Origin: Thermodesulfovibrionales bacterium
GTDB taxonomy: Bacteria; Nitrospirota; Thermodesulfovibrionia; Thermodesulfovibrionales; CALJEL01
Direction of reading: 5' to 3'
DNA length: 64,000 bases
Assembly: GCA_026417875.1 (NCBI GenBank)
Contig: JAOACK010000004.1
Location: forward strand, 6,244-70,243
The notes beneath the pieces were generated by a model. That model did no database searches. It was not told where the DNA came from and was given only the letters and a program-made list of their open reading frames with translations. Numbering within the stretch: position 1 is the stretch's first letter; each line of letters begins with the position of its first letter. The position numbers were made by a program, and so were the translations under genes. This document shows, in pieces, positions 11,008-19,700 of the stretch.

Positions 11008-11081
11008 GTTACTGGGTAAGGGAAATGAACTTATAGTCCAGCAGCTTACGAATTTCCTTGAGGCTATAAAAAAGAGGAAGA

Positions 11082-11438
11082 ATGAGTTTCTCAGAAATTC
11101 TTAAGGATGTAGTGACCAAGGTAGAAGGCTCTGTAGGTGCATTTATAATAGCATCTGATGGAATACCTGTTGAGGCTTATATAAAGAAAGACTCTATTGA
11201 CCAGTCAGCTTTGAGCGCTGAATTCTCTGCAATTTTAAAAACCATGAATTTCGCACTTGAAAATCTCCAGCTTGGAAACATGGATGAATTCTCTGTCACC
11301 ACAGAAAGGTATAAGATTGCTCTCAGGAAGATCTCGCCTGAGTATTATTTAGTCCTTGTAACAGAACCAGGTGGAAACCTTGGGAAGGCAAGATTTTTTC
11401 TTAAGATTACTGCTCCCAAAATAGAGAAAGAAATTTAA
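11082..11438 (+). CDS. roadblock/LC7 (MglB-like) domain protein
   Basis: 118 aa. VEGSVGAFIIASDGIPV and YYLVLVTEPGGNLGKARF are the classic roadblock/LC7 pattern. Confidence 0.8.
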   Translation: MSFSEILKDVVTKVEGSVGAFIIASDGIPVEAYIKKDSIDQSALSAEFSAILKTMNFALENLQLGNMDEFSVTTERYKIALRKISPEYYLVLVTEPGGNLGKARFFLKITAPKIEKEI

Positions 11439-11562
11439 CTTTACTTTTTAACCTTAGTTAAGGTATGCTAAACATGGATGGTAAATGGAGTTTCATTTGC
11501 CTGCCTGTAGTTATCAGGCTGAGTTACCTGAGAAGTCAGGAGAAGAAGGAGGTTTTAGCAGT

Positions 11563-11766
11563 ATGCCGTACGAAGGAAAGGTGAAGTGGTTTAATGAAGC
11601 GAAGGGCTTCGGATTTATCCAGCAGGATAATGGACCCGATGTCTTCGTTCATTACACCTCCATCAAGGGAAATGGTTTCAGGACACTTGCAGAAGGTCAG
11701 CGCGTACAGTTTGATATTGAAGAAGGTGAACGCGGTCCAAAGGCGATCAATGTAGTAAAGCTTTAA
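11563..11766 (+). CDS. cspA: cold-shock protein (CspA family)
   Basis: [34 protein letters not shown] carries the RNP1/RNP2 motifs. I chose the ATG at 11563, which has GAAGGAGG about 8 nt upstream. The track ORF start at 11485 would add an atypical 26-aa extension. Confidence 0.9.
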   Translation: MPYEGKVKWFNEAKGFGFIQQDNGPDVFVHYTSIKGNGFRTLAEGQRVQFDIEEGERGPKAINVVKL

Positions 11767-11769
11767 AAG

Positions 11770-11792
11770 AAAGGCCCCTTCGGGGGCCTTTT
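11770..11792 (+). terminator. rho-independent terminator after csp
   Basis: AAAGGCCCC-TTCG-GGGGCCTTT hairpin followed by T residues, 4 nt after the csp stop. Confidence 0.8.
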
Positions 11793-11801
11793 AAATATTT
11801 G

Positions 11802-12548
11802 ATGGCCCGCCTAATAATACCTACCAATGAAATATCCTCAGGGAAAGAGATAAGAATTTCAGGACAGGACGCCCATTACCTTATTAATGTATTGAGACTC
11901 AATAAAGGGGAAGGCTTTCAGATACTGGATGGTAGAGGTAAACTTCACACAGCAGAGATAATCTCAACAAAGAAAAAAGAGGTTGTAGCAAGAATTATCT
12001 CCACAGAAAAAAGCAGTACGGAGTCATCCCTTTTCCTCGTACTTGTACAGGCAATACTGAAGTCAGAGAAGATGGACCTTGTCATCCAGAAGGCAACAGA
12101 ACTTGGCGTTAAAGAGATTTATCCGGTAATAACCTCAAGGACTATTGTCAGAAGCACGGAGAAACACAAAAGATGGCTCAGGATTGCTCAGGAGTCAGTG
12201 CGGCAGTGTGGAAGAACCGAGATTCCAGTTGTGCATGAACCGGTTCTCTTTGAAGAATTCTTTAAACAATTTGACAGATCTGAAAGACATAGAGGTTTTA
12301 TTTTCTATGAGGGTGCCGAAAGGGGACTGAAAGAATTTGCAGTCAAAACATGTTATGAAGGTAGAGAACAACAATTCAAACTCTTCTGCATAACAGGTCC
12401 TGAAGGTGGTTTTTCTGAAAAAGAGGTAGAACTGGCTATTTCTTATGGTTTTATTCCAGCGGGACTCGGACCCCGGATACTCAGGGCAGAAACTGCTTCA
12501 ATAGTGGCATTGAGCCTTATGCAGTTTGTTTATGGTGATCTTGGTTGA
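11802..12548 (+). CDS. rsmE: 16S rRNA (uracil1498-N3)-methyltransferase RsmE
   Basis: About 248 aa. PUA-like N-terminus, then SPOUT C-terminus (QAILKSEKMDLVIQKATELGV and ITGPEGGFSEKEV). The track start is TTG 11799; the ATG at 11802 is more likely. Confidence 0.88.
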   Translation: MARLIIPTNEISSGKEIRISGQDAHYLINVLRLNKGEGFQILDGRGKLHTAEIISTKKKEVVARIISTEKSSTESSLFLVLVQAILKSEKMDLVIQKATELGVKEIYPVITSRTIVRSTEKHKRWLRIAQESVRQCGRTEIPVVHEPVLFEEFFKQFDRSERHRGFIFYEGAERGLKEFAVKTCYEGREQQFKLFCITGPEGGFSEKEVELAISYGFIPAGLGPRILRAETASIVALSLMQFVYGDLG

Positions 12549-12683
12549 AACATTATCCTGAATGCCAGTATTCTCCTCAATCTTATAATAATTAATAATC
12601 TTATTCCTTTTCTAAAACAATCTCAAGCTCCTTTTCTACAGCGAGTTTAGATTTAAGATAAATATTATGTTAAAATATCATTC

Positions 12684-14000
12684 ATGGAAAGGGTTGATTA
12701 TATAGTCCATGGAGAATACATAGTTACGGCAGACAGTGCGCTTACAGTGTTAAGAAATGGTGCTGTTGCGGTAAAGGATGGCATCATTTTGGATACAGGC
12801 CCGTATAATGAAATCTCAAAGAATTATTATTCAGCAAATGTCATCGGTAATTCGTACAGCCTTGTAATGCCAGGACTTATAAATACCCATACCCATGCTC
12901 CAATGGTTTATTTCAGAGGACTTGCAGATGACCTGCCATTAAAGGAGTGGCTTGAAAATCACATATGGCCTGCTGAGGCAAAATGGCTTAGCAGAGAATT
13001 CGTAAGTGATGCCACTGAACTTGCCTGTCTCGAAATGCTCAAGGCAGGAGTTATATGCTTTAACGATATGTACTTCTTCTCTGATGCTACAGCAGAGGCA
13101 GCAAAAAGGATGGGAATGAGGGCAGTCATAGGCCTCGGAATTTTAGATTTTCCCACTCCAGGTGGTAAGGGACCTGATGACTATCTTAAAAGGGCAGAGG
13201 ATTTTATACTTAAATGGAAGGACGATGAATATATAAGACCTGCAGTTGCACCCCATGCAATATACACCTGCAGCAAAGAAACTCTTATCAGGTCAAAGAT
13301 TCTTGCAGCAAGATATAAGGTGCCACTTCACATTCATCTGTCAGAGACAGAATGGGAAGTAAAGGAGTCCTTAAAAAATTTCAATAAGAGACCCGTGGAA
13401 TATCTCAATTCAATAGAATTTCTTGATAGCTCTGTGATTGCAGCTCATGCCGTGTGGCTCGATGAAAGAGAAATAGATCTAATGGCTGAAAGCGGTGCTT
13501 CTGTTTCTCACTGTATTGAGAGCAATCTGAAACTCGCCTCAGGCATAGCACCTCTACCACTGATGATTAAAAAGGGCGTGAAGGTAACCTCAGGCACTGA
13601 CGGTGCAGCAAGCAATAATGACCTTGATGTCCTGAGTGAAATATCTCTGGCAGCAAAGCTCCATAAGGCAATAGCTTCTGACCCGACTGTTCTTGATGCC
13701 AGAACTGCTTTACTGATGGCAACAAGATGGGCTGCTGAAGCAACAGGACTGGGCGGATTGACCGGAAGTATTGAAAAGGGCAAAAAGGCAGATCTAATAA
13801 TATGCAATCTCGATAAACCCCATCTTACTCCAGTATATGATATCTATTCCCATATTGTATATACCATGAAGTCTTCTGATGTTGAGACTGTTATGATTGA
13901 TGGCAAAATAGTAATAAATCAGAGAGAGCTGAAGACCGGAGATGAAAGGGAGATACTCAGAAAAGCAAGAATATGGCAGGAAAGGATAAAGGGCAGTTAA
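12684..14000 (+). CDS. mtaD: amidohydrolase, 5-methylthioadenosine/S-adenosylhomocysteine deaminase (MtaD-like)
   Basis: 438 aa. Metal-binding HTHAPM, HLSET, TDGAASNN motifs are typical of the MtaD/SsnA/guanine deaminase-like group. Confidence 0.8.
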   Translation: MERVDYIVHGEYIVTADSALTVLRNGAVAVKDGIILDTGPYNEISKNYYSANVIGNSYSLVMPGLINTHTHAPMVYFRGLADDLPLKEWLENHIWPAEAKWLSREFVSDATELACLEMLKAGVICFNDMYFFSDATAEAAKRMGMRAVIGLGILDFPTPGGKGPDDYLKRAEDFILKWKDDEYIRPAVAPHAIYTCSKETLIRSKILAARYKVPLHIHLSETEWEVKESLKNFNKRPVEYLNSIEFLDSSVIAAHAVWLDEREIDLMAESGASVSHCIESNLKLASGIAPLPLMIKKGVKVTSGTDGAASNNDLDVLSEISLAAKLHKAIASDPTVLDARTALLMATRWAAEATGLGGLTGSIEKGKKADLIICNLDKPHLTPVYDIYSHIVYTMKSSDVETVMIDGKIVINQRELKTGDEREILRKARIWQERIKGS

Positions 14001-14587
14001 ATCTCCCTTCTTCCCTCCAGTGCCTTTCCAAGGGTAACCTCGTCAGCAAACTCAATATCACTTCCCATCGGCAATCCGTAGGCTATTCTCGTAACCTTCA
14101 CCCCATAGGGCTTCAGAAGTTCCCTTATATACTGTGCTGTTAGTTCACCTCTTGTATTTGGGTTGGTCGCAATTATTACCTCATCCACTCCCAGAGATAC
14201 CCTCTCAAGAAGTTCCCTGAGTTTCACACTATTCATATTTCCACCATCAAGGGGAGATATATTACCAAGAAGGACATGATAGAGCCCCTTGAATACTCCT
14301 GTTCGCTCAATAACAGCTATATTGCTTGGCTCTTCAACAACACATATCCTTTTTCTGTCTCTTGAAGGGTTACTGCATATTTCGCAGAGCTCTGAATCAG
14401 TTATATTAAAACACTGGCTGCAGAATCTTGCCTTTTCCTTTACCTCTATAATAGCCTTTCCTATGGCCTTTGCCTCCTCAGCAGGCATGCTGAGTATATA
14501 AAAGGCAAGTCTCTGGGCAGTCTTTCTTCCAATACCTGGAAGTTTTGTAAGTTCCTCTATAAGATTCTCTATTATACCCCTGCTCAT
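13997..14587 (-). CDS. recR: recombination protein RecR
   Basis: HhH (LPGIGRKTAQRLAF), C4 zinc finger (CSQCFNITDSELCEIC) and Toprim (ICVVEEPSNIAVIE). 196 aa. Confidence 0.95.
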   Translation of the reverse strand: MSRGIIENLIEELTKLPGIGRKTAQRLAFYILSMPAEEAKAIGKAIIEVKEKARFCSQCFNITDSELCEICSNPSRDRKRICVVEEPSNIAVIERTGVFKGLYHVLLGNISPLDGGNMNSVKLRELLERVSLGVDEVIIATNPNTRGELTAQYIRELLKPYGVKVTRIAYGLPMGSDIEFADEVTLGKALEGRREI

Positions 14588-14925
14588 TTTCCAAAAAGAT
14601 TTCCCAGTGCACCAAGATTGGGTATATTGAGTCCGCCTGTAAGCTTGGTCATCTCTTCCTGAACCATCTCCTGAGCCCTTCTCAGTGCCTCATTTACTGC
14701 AGCAACAATCATATCCTGAAGCATCTCCAAATCATCAGGATTGACCACATCCCTTTCAATCTTTATGGAAACAATCTCTCCAGCTCCATTTGCAGTGGCA
14801 ATGACCATACCGCCACCGGCAGATGCCTCAACGGTCTTTTTCTTCGCCTCTTCCTGAACTCGAAGCATCTCAGACTGAATCCTCTGGACCTCTTTCACCA
14901 GATCTCCTATAATCCTTTTTGACAT
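14584..14925 (-). CDS. ybaB: YbaB/EbfC family nucleoid-associated protein
   Basis: 113 aa. It sits in the conserved dnaX-ybaB-recR position. Typical EASAGGGMV...ANGAGE sequence. Confidence 0.9.
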   Translation of the reverse strand: MSKRIIGDLVKEVQRIQSEMLRVQEEAKKKTVEASAGGGMVIATANGAGEIVSIKIERDVVNPDDLEMLQDMIVAAVNEALRRAQEMVQEEMTKLTGGLNIPNLGALGNLFGK

Positions 14926-14955
14926 CTAAAGCCTCCTTTAAAGATTTAAAAATTT

Positions 14956-16572
14956 TTAAATCCTGTTCTCCCTTATATCAATAACAGAACCTTCAAAGAG
15001 CTCCATTATCTCTCTGACCTCAGGTCTTGAAAGAACCTCTTTTTTAAAATTATTCATATCGGAGGTCTTTGTCTTTTCCGAAGCACTTATATTTATCTTC
15101 CAGACTCTTCCTGAAAATTCTTCAAGAGCCTTGCTGATAAAATCCCTTTCTGCTTCAATGAGCTCTGCGAGAAATGCATGACCACCGTTGAACTTAAAAT
15201 GAATCATATTGTTTTTTATCTCTATATCTGCATGCATGAGTTTTGATGCAAGGACATGATTCTTCTCGTCAATAAATTTCAGAAATTTTTCAAATGAAAA
15301 ATTCTTTTCTATTGTACCAGCGGGTTCGGCGGACTCTACAGGCTCTGAAGTTTTTTCAAATGTTTTTTTTTCTTTATCTCCGTCAGAATAAAATGTTTGT
15401 CCTGAAAAAGCAGAAGTCTCTGGTTTCAAGGTCTTGAGTTTACCTATAAGATCCCTTACAGAGCTGAACTCTTTAAATAAACTCACCCTGAGCAGATTAA
15501 CCTCCAGAGCAATCCTTGGAAAGATGGCATTTCTCACATCATTTTCACCTTTAAGGAGTTCATTTATCATGAGTACAAGTTCCTCTTCTGTTACACTGGG
15601 CAGTAATCTCTTCATCTCTTCAATCTCATTCCTGGAGAGCTCAAAATAATTCTTCTGGTCTTTCATGCCGGCCCTTTCAAATACCTTCAGTACAAACATA
15701 TCCCTTAAAAATACTATGATATCCTTATAAAGTGTCCTGAGATCCGAACCTCTCTCAGACGCCTCACCTATGAGAGAAATAATCCTCCTCTGATCTCCAT
15801 CAAATATTGCCCGGGCAATCTCTGAGACCATTACTGAATCGCTCACACCTAGTAGCTGAGCCACATCATCTGCGGTAATCTCATCAGCAAATGATGAGAC
15901 CTGATCAAGTATGGTCAGTGAATCCCTCATACTTCCATCAGCAGCACGGGCAATAATCTCCAGGGCATCATCGGATATTTTTATATTTTCAATATTGCAT
16001 ATATATCTGAGTCTTTCCATAATTACATCTCTCGGAATCCTTCTGAAGGCAAGATGCTGGCATCTACTGAGCACCGTGGTGGGGATCTTTCTGTAGGCGG
16101 TGGTTGCAAGGACAAAAATCGTGTGAGCAGGAGGCTCCTCAATAGTCTTCAGAAGGGCATTAAAGGCAGACTCACTGAGCATATGAGCCTCATCTATGAT
16201 ATAGACCTTATACTTTCCAGAAACAGATGGTGCATATCTTACCCGTTCTCTTATCTCTCTTATATCATCAACACTATTATTTGATGCACCATCAATTTCT
16301 ATAACATCCATTGAAGAACCGTCTCTTATCCCGTTGCAGAACTCACACCTTCCACACGGCGCTGGAGTTGGTCCTTCCACACAATTAAGAGATCTGGCTA
16401 GAATCCTTGCAGTTGAAGTCTTGCCAACACCTCTTGGACCTGAAAAGACATAGGCATGGGCGATCTTATTCTGCAGGATTGCATTTTTTAATATCTTTAT
16501 AATATGAGCCTGACCAACAAGGTCATCAAATATCTGTGGTCTCCATTTCCTAGCAAGAACCAGATATGACAT
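14956..16572 (-). CDS. dnaX: DNA polymerase III subunit gamma/tau
   Basis: AAA+ clamp-loader motifs (GPRGVGKTS, Zn module CGRCEFC, IIDEAHML, SRC). 538 aa. Confidence 0.95.
   Translation of the reverse strand: MSYLVLARKWRPQIFDDLVGQAHIIKILKNAILQNKIAHAYVFSGPRGVGKTSTARILARSLNCVEGPTPAPCGRCEFCNGIRDGSSMDVIEIDGASNNSVDDIREIRERVRYAPSVSGKYKVYIIDEAHMLSESAFNALLKTIEEPPAHTIFVLATTAYRKIPTTVLSRCQHLAFRRIPRDVIMERLRYICNIENIKISDDALEIIARAADGSMRDSLTILDQVSSFADEITADDVAQLLGVSDSVMVSEIARAIFDGDQRRIISLIGEASERGSDLRTLYKDIIVFLRDMFVLKVFERAGMKDQKNYFELSRNEIEEMKRLLPSVTEEELVLMINELLKGENDVRNAIFPRIALEVNLLRVSLFKEFSSVRDLIGKLKTLKPETSAFSGQTFYSDGDKEKKTFEKTSEPVESAEPAGTIEKNFSFEKFLKFIDEKNHVLASKLMHADIEIKNNMIHFKFNGGHAFLAELIEAERDFISKALEEFSGRVWKINISASEKTKTSDMNNFKKEVLSRPEVREIMELFEGSVIDIRENRI
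15363..15371 (-). other. A9 homopolymer (A_AAA_AAA) candidate recoding/slippage site inside dnaX
   Basis: Plus-strand T9. The coding strand reads GAA AAA AAA ACA at codons 401-404. The -1 frame stops after 2 codons and the +1 frame after 8 codons. Confidence 0.45.
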
Positions 16573-16591
16573 AACCCTTCTTTCTCCCCTC

Positions 16592-16703
16592 TCAACCAGG
16601 CAGCAACTTACTGCGGCACCCAGTCATGAATACTTACCGCTGCTTCCTTCCGGACCTGACGGGGTTCGTATCTGACTGTTGCGCAGGGCTGCTGCCTGGT
16701 TGA
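16592..16703 (-). ncRNA. ffs: signal recognition particle RNA (small 4.5S-type SRP RNA)
   Basis: The minus strand contains the universally conserved domain IV core GUCAGGUCCGGAAGGAAGCAGCGGUAAG. Terminal helix arms CAACCAGGCAGC and GCUGCCUGGUUG flank it. It lies 19 nt upstream of dnaX, the classic ffs-dnaX linkage. Confidence 0.85.
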
Positions 16704-16736
16704 AAAAGGAGACAGTCTCGTCCTCCGAATTTTTTA

Positions 16737-16830
16737 TGGCGGAGAGGGTGGGATTTGAACCCACGGTGGAGCTTTTAGGCTCCACACACGATTTCCAGTC
16801 GTGCCCGTTCGGCCACTCCGGCACCTCTCC
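16737..16830 (-). tRNA. tRNA-Ser (anticodon GGA), CCA encoded
   Basis: The reverse complement GGAGAGGTGCCGGAGTGGCCGAACGGGCACGACTGGAAATCGTG...GGTTCAAATCCCACCCTCTCCGCCA folds as a cloverleaf. It has a long variable arm and anticodon loop CTGGAAA. Confidence 0.9.
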
Positions 16831-16852
16831 ATTTATTTAAATTAAATAACTA

Positions 16853-16882
16853 ATTCTAACCGCTTGTACCTTAAAATGTCAA
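16853..16882 (-). promoter_or_regulatory. sigma70-type promoter for tRNA-Ser (possibly also ffs-dnaX)
   Basis: The minus strand reads TTGACA-18 nt-TAGAAT, about 22 nt upstream of the tRNA 5' end. Confidence 0.5.
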
Positions 16883-16992
16883 ACAAGAGAAAAAGTAAGG
16901 TCAAATTTGATTTTAACTCTGAATTTAAGAGTAAATGAGATATTTAATTGATCTGGGATTCTTATATTGCTCTTAAAACAATGAATTGTTGA

Positions 16993-17235
16993 TTAAATCC
17001 TATAAATAAGAAATTTTTTTGTCGATACCGAGTCTTTGGCTAATTTCATCAAGAAAAGTGTAATCTCTATCAATCCCTGTTTTAACTGCCATATCTCAAG
17101 AACTGATGAGGGTTCCTTCATATACCATTTTTTCAATTTTTTCTTTAACTCAAAACCTTTTTTAATAAGCTCTTCATATTGTTCTACAGATGTTTCCATA
17201 GAAATATTATAAAAAAGTTTTAAAAATATTTTCAA
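16993..17235 (-). CDS. hypothetical small protein
   Basis: 80-codon ORF (possible internal start METSVEQYEELIKKG) in an otherwise non-coding 0.5-kb gap. No recognisable motif. Confidence 0.3.
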   Translation of the reverse strand: MKIFLKLFYNISMETSVEQYEELIKKGFELKKKLKKWYMKEPSSVLEIWQLKQGLIEITLFLMKLAKDSVSTKKFLIYRI

Positions 17236-17291
17236 AAAAATTAGCTATCACAAATCAGTATGAGGAAAATAAGAGTTTCAGTCATTAACGC

Positions 17292-17323
17292 AAAAAAAGG
17301 GTGAGTATCCAACTCACCCTTTT
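17292..17323 (-). terminator. rho-independent terminator after dsrP (bidirectional shape)
   Basis: The minus strand reads AAAA-GGGTGAGT-TGGAT-ACTCACCC-TTTTTTT, 26 nt after the dsrP stop. Confidence 0.8.
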
Positions 17324-17348
17324 AGATTTCAATGTAAATATTTTAATT

Positions 17349-18524
17349 TCAGTGAGGTGCTGATTCTCCAACCTCCACCTTTACCGTTGTTGCTATTTTG
17401 TATAAAAGTGTTAGTATCAGAAGTCCTGTGGACCATACACCTAAGGTAATTATTGTCTCGGGTGCTGTTGGCCAGTATTCAAAAACTCTCTCAAAAGGAT
17501 TTGGCACAAACCCTCCAACAACAAGACCAAAGCCCTTTTCTATCCACAGGGATATAAATACTGCTGCAGCTGCCACTGCAAGGGTTCTTTCATTTTTCCT
17601 TGTTGCAGGATTGAGAAGTAATACAAGTGATAAAATAGCCAGTATCACAGACATCCACATAAGAGGAACAAGCCTTCCATGACCCTCAAGCCCTACAAAT
17701 AGGTACTGGAAAGGATGTTTATGACCGGGTATTCCACTGTAAAAGGCTGTAAAGAGCTCAAGCCCCAAGAAGAATACATTTGTAAGCATGAAGTATGTGA
17801 CTATCTTTCCAAGAGCCTGAATTGCCTCTCTGCCGGGGTCAAATTTCGTAAATCTCCTAATAATCATAGCAAGGATTATTAATAAGGCTGGTCCTGATGA
17901 GAAGGCTGACGCCAGGAACCTGGCTGCCATTATAGCAGTAAGCCAGAAATGCCTTCCCGGTAGCCCTGCGTAAATGAAAGCCGTGACTGTATGGATTGAG
18001 GGTGCCCATATAATGGCAAGATAGATAAAAGGTTTGATCCATTTTGGAGGTGGAATCTCTTTCTTTTCAGCATGAAGGACTGTCCAGCCCACAAGCAGGT
18101 TTAAAAATAGATAACCACTGAGAACTACAGAGTCCCAGAAAAGTATGGAATTTGGTGTTGGATGAAGAAGGACATTTAGTATCCTCATTGGCTGGCCCAT
18201 GTCAACGAAGATAAAAAGAAGGCACATTATAACTGATGGGATTGCTAGAAACTCTCCAAGAATGGTTATCTTACCAAAGACCTTATAGTTATGAAGATAA
18301 TAGGGAAGCACCACCATAACAGCTGAAGCTGCAACTCCTACAAGGAAGGTGAACTGACCTATATAGAGACCCCATGATACATCTCTGCTTAAACCAGTAA
18401 GTCCCAATCCGTACTGAAGCTGTTTAAGATAATAAAGGGTGCCAATCCCCGAAATAGCTGCAAGTATGATAAGCCAGATCCAGTATCTTTTACTTCCTTC
18501 AAGGGCCTTCTCAAACATTTTCAC
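17349..18524 (-). CDS. dsrP: DsrP, NrfD/PsrC-like integral membrane subunit of the DsrMKJOP complex
   Basis: 391-aa polytopic membrane protein. It is the last gene of the M-K-J-O-P order. Confidence 0.9.
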   Translation of the reverse strand: MKMFEKALEGSKRYWIWLIILAAISGIGTLYYLKQLQYGLGLTGLSRDVSWGLYIGQFTFLVGVAASAVMVVLPYYLHNYKVFGKITILGEFLAIPSVIMCLLFIFVDMGQPMRILNVLLHPTPNSILFWDSVVLSGYLFLNLLVGWTVLHAEKKEIPPPKWIKPFIYLAIIWAPSIHTVTAFIYAGLPGRHFWLTAIMAARFLASAFSSGPALLIILAMIIRRFTKFDPGREAIQALGKIVTYFMLTNVFFLGLELFTAFYSGIPGHKHPFQYLFVGLEGHGRLVPLMWMSVILAILSLVLLLNPATRKNERTLAVAAAAVFISLWIEKGFGLVVGGFVPNPFERVFEYWPTAPETIITLGVWSTGLLILTLLYKIATTVKVEVGESAPH

Positions 18525-19305
18525 TACCTCCTATAATATAGAAGACGCTGGGATCAGTACCCAGCTCTGCCTTCCGCCTGATAGTAAACTCCTTTCTCAA
18601 TACCTGTCTTACCTCTGAATCAGGGTCCATAAGGTCTCCAAATATTAACGCGCCTTTTGATTCCTCAACACAGGCAGGCTTTAAACCCTTTGAAATCCTC
18701 TCTGTACAGAAGGTGCATTTCTCAACCACACCCTTTGTTCTTGTTGGAAATTCATTATTTGTCTTCTTGATAAAGGGTCTTGGATCCCTCCAGTTAAAGC
18801 TCCTTGCTCCATAGGGACAGGCTGCCATGCAGAATCTACAGCCAATGCATCTGTGGTAATCCTGCTCTGTTATTCCATCAGGTTTCTTGAATGTAGCCTT
18901 TACAGGACAGACCCTAACACAGGGAGGATTTGCACAGTGATTACAGAGAAGGGGGATAGGTTTGGTTTCAAGCCATTCAGGTAAAAAGGAATGTTCCTGA
19001 CCAGGAAAGGTGTGCTTGTAGGTATCTGTCCAGATCCATTTTATCTCATCTTTTGGATTTCCAAAATCAGGCACATTATGGATACTGTGGCACGCATTTA
19101 TTATCCTCCTGTAATCCTCTTCTGTCTTGAATCTTCTTAGGTCAACTACCATGGCCCATCTCTTTGCTTTAAGGGCCTTCGGGTCTTTAGTAAACTGAGC
19201 TGCGAGTGCTTCCTCTGTAACCCTCTCAAAGAGCCCTAAACCTGCTATACCGAGTATCGTACCTGTACCTGCGAGTTTAAGAAATTCTCTTCTGTCCATG
19301 CTCAT
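18511..19305 (-). CDS. dsrO: DsrO, periplasmic 4Fe-4S ferredoxin-like subunit with Tat signal
   Basis: Twin-arginine signal MSMDRREFLKLAGTG. Cys clusters CNHCANPPCVRVCP, CIGCRFCMAACP and CTFC. Start moved to ATG 19305, abutting the dsrJ stop; the track ORF extends to 19380. Confidence 0.9.
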   Translation of the reverse strand: MSMDRREFLKLAGTGTILGIAGLGLFERVTEEALAAQFTKDPKALKAKRWAMVVDLRRFKTEEDYRRIINACHSIHNVPDFGNPKDEIKWIWTDTYKHTFPGQEHSFLPEWLETKPIPLLCNHCANPPCVRVCPVKATFKKPDGITEQDYHRCIGCRFCMAACPYGARSFNWRDPRPFIKKTNNEFPTRTKGVVEKCTFCTERISKGLKPACVEESKGALIFGDLMDPDSEVRQVLRKEFTIRRKAELGTDPSVFYIIGGSENV

Positions 19306-19700
19306 ATCTGGCCCTCCTCTTCCTTTGGTGCAATGTGACAATCCCAGCAATAAGGTTTCACACCGGCATAAGTGTGGCATTCATCACAGAACTTCTTTTT
19401 ATTCGAATGACACTTCATGCAGGTGTTCTGGAGACTGACTGTGAATTCTCTGCCCTCACTGTTTACATAAACCCTGTTGCCTTCTCTTAAAGCAGCATCT
19501 CGCCATTCATTTAAAAGCTTCATATGCTCCCGCTTTATAAACTCCTTTGGTTCTACACATTTTTTTTCAATAAGTTTTTCTATCTCAGGTGTATCAAGTT
19601 TTGGCTCAGGCATTTTTATTGCCCTTCCAGATACACTCCAGAATGGATAGGTAACTATCACAAGAAAGAGCACTATTCCTATGTAAAAATACTTTTTCAT
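19302..19700 (-). CDS. dsrJ: DsrJ, periplasmic trihaem cytochrome c
   Basis: 132 aa. N-terminal anchor and three CXXCH motifs (CMKCH, CDECH, CWDCH). Confidence 0.92.
   Translation of the reverse strand: MKKYFYIGIVLFLVIVTYPFWSVSGRAIKMPEPKLDTPEIEKLIEKKCVEPKEFIKREHMKLLNEWRDAALREGNRVYVNSEGREFTVSLQNTCMKCHSNKKKFCDECHTYAGVKPYCWDCHIAPKEEEGQI

Noticed and set aside
11485-11562. 26-codon N-terminal extension of the cold-shock protein in the ORF track
   Set aside because: Csp proteins start at the MxxGxVKWF motif. The ATG at 11563 has a strong GAAGGAGG SD. The extension is more likely to be the long structured csp 5' UTR.
16624-16824. 66-aa minus-strand ORF
   Set aside because: It is built from the tRNA-Ser and SRP RNA sequences, so it is not coding.
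19306-19380. 25-codon N-terminal extension of dsrO overlapping dsrJ
   Set aside because: The Tat signal (MSMDRREFLK) begins at the internal ATG 19305, which directly abuts the dsrJ stop. The extension (MPHLCRCETLLL...) is not signal-like.
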